The position numbers and the translations under genes were made by a program. A stretch of DNA of 13,072 bases, taken from IMG/VR virus record IMGVR_UViG_2698536505_000004; one strand, 5' to 3'. This DNA comes from a virus. Its lineage: Duplodnaviria; Heunggongvirae; Uroviricota; Caudoviricetes. This document shows positions 11,066 through 13,072 of the stretch, one piece after another (within the stretch, counting starts at the first letter, position 1; each line of letters opens with the position of its first letter). The notes below the pieces were generated by a model. It did not search any database and was not told the origin of the DNA. It saw nothing but the letters and a program-made list of their open reading frames with translations.

Positions 11066-11559
11066 TGTTGCCCCCACAAACAGACCTCACGCTCAATCTC
11101 ACGACGAGTCATCAGGCCTTTCCATTGCTTACCGCCAGCGTATGCCCAGCGACGTAGCTGGTCACATGCGCCCTTGATATCGCCCTGGTTTATTTTGCGA
11201 AGAAGAGTAGATGTTCTGAAATTGCCTGCGCCCACGTTATAGACGAACGAGTAAAGAGCGCCGCGCGTTGTTTCCGGTATATCGACTTTGATGTACGGGT
11301 TAATTTGTCTGGCTACCGTGGCAAGGTCTTTATTCAGGAGGGCTTTGCATTCTGCTTCGGTATACGTTTTACCGGGAATGATGTCTTTTCCTGTATGCCC
11401 GTGACATACAGTCCATACGCCAACGATATCTTTGTATGGTATGTAGCTGACACCTTCCAGACCATCGTTACCACTTGGGCCAGTGATTAACACTGATGCT
11501 ATAGCAATTGCTCCGCCACCAATAGCAGCAGCAACGACTTTTCGTAATGATGGAGGCAT
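11062..11559 (-). CDS. R: SAR endolysin (phage-21 R-type lysozyme, GH24)
   Basis: 165-aa [60 protein letters not shown]... has a Gly/Ala-rich N-terminal signal-anchor-release domain and an E-x8-D-x5-T catalytic motif. Close to phage 21 R as recalled. AGAGGTG Shine-Dalgarno present. Confidence 0.9.
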   Translation of the reverse strand: MPPSLRKVVAAAIGGGAIAIASVLITGPSGNDGLEGVSYIPYKDIVGVWTVCHGHTGKDIIPGKTYTEAECKALLNKDLATVARQINPYIKVDIPETTRGALYSFVYNVGAGNFRTSTLLRKINQGDIKGACDQLRRWAYAGGKQWKGLMTRREIEREVCLWGQQ

Positions 11560-11774
11560 TATTCACCTCTCGCAGCCTTGCGCTTATCTTCTTTAATCTT
11601 GAAATAAAGGTTTGTCAGGTACGTCAGCAGGCCAAATACCAAGCTACCCAGCACACCTATTGCTGCCCACTGTGAGGGCGTGACTTTATCGAGCAGCTGT
11701 AAAAACCAGTAGCCAGCACTGCCTGCGGAGGTGCCGTAGGCAATGCCCGTTGTTAACTTATCCATGGATTTCAT
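11559..11774 (-). CDS. S: Pinholin (S21-type class II holin) with dual-start MKSM motif
   Basis: 71-aa [74 protein letters not shown] has two transmembrane segments and resembles phage 21 S21 (S2171 and S2168 forms). GGAGGTGAGG Shine-Dalgarno upstream. Stop overlaps R start (TAATG). Confidence 0.9.
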   Translation of the reverse strand: MKSMDKLTTGIAYGTSAGSAGYWFLQLLDKVTPSQWAAIGVLGSLVFGLLTYLTNLYFKIKEDKRKAARGE

Positions 11775-11961
11775 AGCCTCACCTCCGCAAATAACGGATG
11801 GTGTACACGGTTCGGAACGAAGAGGAAAGGTATAGAAGTTACATTAGCGTAAGGCTTGAACATCTATTCAAAAAGAAAAACGCCGCGATTATTCTGGCGT
11901 AGCTGAAAGCATCATACAATTATCAAATACGAAAATTACAAAATCATTAAAACGCATCACG

Positions 11962-12693
11962 TTACATCATGTCTTTTTCTAAAAAAAATCTTGATGAATA
12001 TTGATGGGGAGGAACACCAAAATACCTTCTGAAAACACTTACAAAATATGACGTGTTTTCATAACCGCATATCTCAGCAACTTTTCCAACAGAATATAAA
12101 TTGTAGCTTAATAACCTTTCCGCCATCACCATTCGCTCTTCAAGAATTAACTTACTAAATGATAAGCCTTCGTGCTTTAATTTTCTTTTTAACAGACTTT
12201 CACTCAGATACAGTCTTGAAGATATATCACAAAGTCTCCATGCTGCAGATATATCCGTGTGAATAATAGCCTTAACTTTACTTCCTAAACTATTAAGACA
12301 TCCAAATAAAAAACTTTGCACTATTTTCTCTGAAGATAAGATAGCAAGACATGCAAGTGATATTTGATTTCTAACAAAATCCACAGTTCTGCCATCACAA
12401 TTCAAGCATGCAATCAAGTTCTTTAACAATGAAAAATCTTCACATTCCACCATCAAGTATGCCGGATAAAACCTTCTTACAGAAAAAGGTGAGAGTGTGT
12501 TGCTTTTAAAGAAATCATTAACTGTTTTTTCTTCAACATCTACGATCATTACATGATCTATATTTGATGAAAAAAAATCTTTTAAATTGTAATCAATGAG
12601 AACAGCACTTCCTTTTTTAAACAAAATATCTTCTTTACCAATTCGGACATCAAACGAGTTCAACACCAAAATGATAGAACATATGTATAGCAT
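11962..12693 (-). CDS. AraC/XylS-family transcriptional regulator (AppY/GadX/Rns-like), moron
   Basis: 243 aa from ATG 12691-12693 with AGGTGG Shine-Dalgarno 5 nt upstream; the track ORF begins at an upstream GTG at 12702. C-terminal dual-HTH signature ...AAWRLCDISSRLYLSESLLKRKLKHEGLSFSKLILEERMVMAERLL...VGKVAEICGYENTSYFVSVFRRYFGVPPHQY. Gene is visibly AT-rich compared with flanking phage genes. Confidence 0.8.
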   Translation of the reverse strand: MLYICSIILVLNSFDVRIGKEDILFKKGSAVLIDYNLKDFFSSNIDHVMIVDVEEKTVNDFFKSNTLSPFSVRRFYPAYLMVECEDFSLLKNLIACLNCDGRTVDFVRNQISLACLAILSSEKIVQSFLFGCLNSLGSKVKAIIHTDISAAWRLCDISSRLYLSESLLKRKLKHEGLSFSKLILEERMVMAERLLSYNLYSVGKVAEICGYENTSYFVSVFRRYFGVPPHQYSSRFFLEKDMM

Positions 12694-12996
12694 ATTATCC
12701 ACCTGATATCATTGGGGTTACACCAGGTAAGTATAGGTGGAAAATCAATATTCGCCAGTTCAACAATAAGGAAAATTTCATTGCATCACAAGTATAAAAT
12801 TATGTATTTAACTCACAAAGACAAATTATTAAACCAATCTGTTATATTATATATAGCTGCGTGGAATCATAATATTATATATTTTGACTGGCATGTTTAC
12901 TAACTTTAAGTTGCATCTCAATTGTTTCTTCAGCGTAAACAGAGTTTTTATACAAACTGACACTCTGGGTATCATAGTGTAGGTAATGACTCCAAC

Positions 12997-13072
12997 TTAT
13001 TGATAGTGTTTTATGTTCAGATAATGCCCGATGACTTTGTCATGCAGCTCCACCGATTTTGAGAACGACAGC
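12997..13072 (-). CDS. 3' end of an ORF running off the window (candidate late antiterminator Q by position)
   Basis: Minus-strand frame reads ...LSFSKSVELHDKVIGHYLNIKHYQ then stop at 12997-12999. Normal GC content, directly upstream of the AT-rich moron and lysis cassette where Q sits in lambdoid phages. Identity not verified. Confidence 0.3.
   Translation of the reverse strand, partial: LSFSKSVELHDKVIGHYLNIKHYQ

Noticed and set aside
12712-12903. 63-aa plus-strand ORF in the AT-rich region upstream of the AraC gene
   Set aside because: Low-complexity AT-rich translation (many K, I, Y, N residues) with no Shine-Dalgarno, lying in the probable promoter region of the minus-strand genes. Judged spurious.

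Overview
This window is a lambdoid prophage segment in reverse orientation, with all phage late genes on the minus strand. Coordinates 256-9206 are colinear with the phage lambda left arm: cos (cosN/cosB), then Nu1, A, W, B, C/Nu3, D, E, FI, FII, Z, U and the first 43 codons of V, where a premature stop and loss of lambda colinearity mark a deletion or recombination junction (no tail genes follow). On the other side of cos lies a two-gene plus-strand cassette (a YlcI-like putative ribbon-helix-helix protein and a DUF1398/YbcV-like protein), then convergent terminators, then a phage-21-type lysis cassette (pinholin S, SAR endolysin R, Rz with embedded Rz1). Upstream of S, at the site where Stx phages carry stx, sits an AT-rich moron encoding an AraC/XylS-family (AppY-like) regulator; a short 3' ORF fragment at the window edge may be the end of Q. 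The two accessory cassettes and the truncation junction are the most interesting parts. All protein identifications are from reading the ORF translations against remembered family sequences and lambda gene order; no database search was run.
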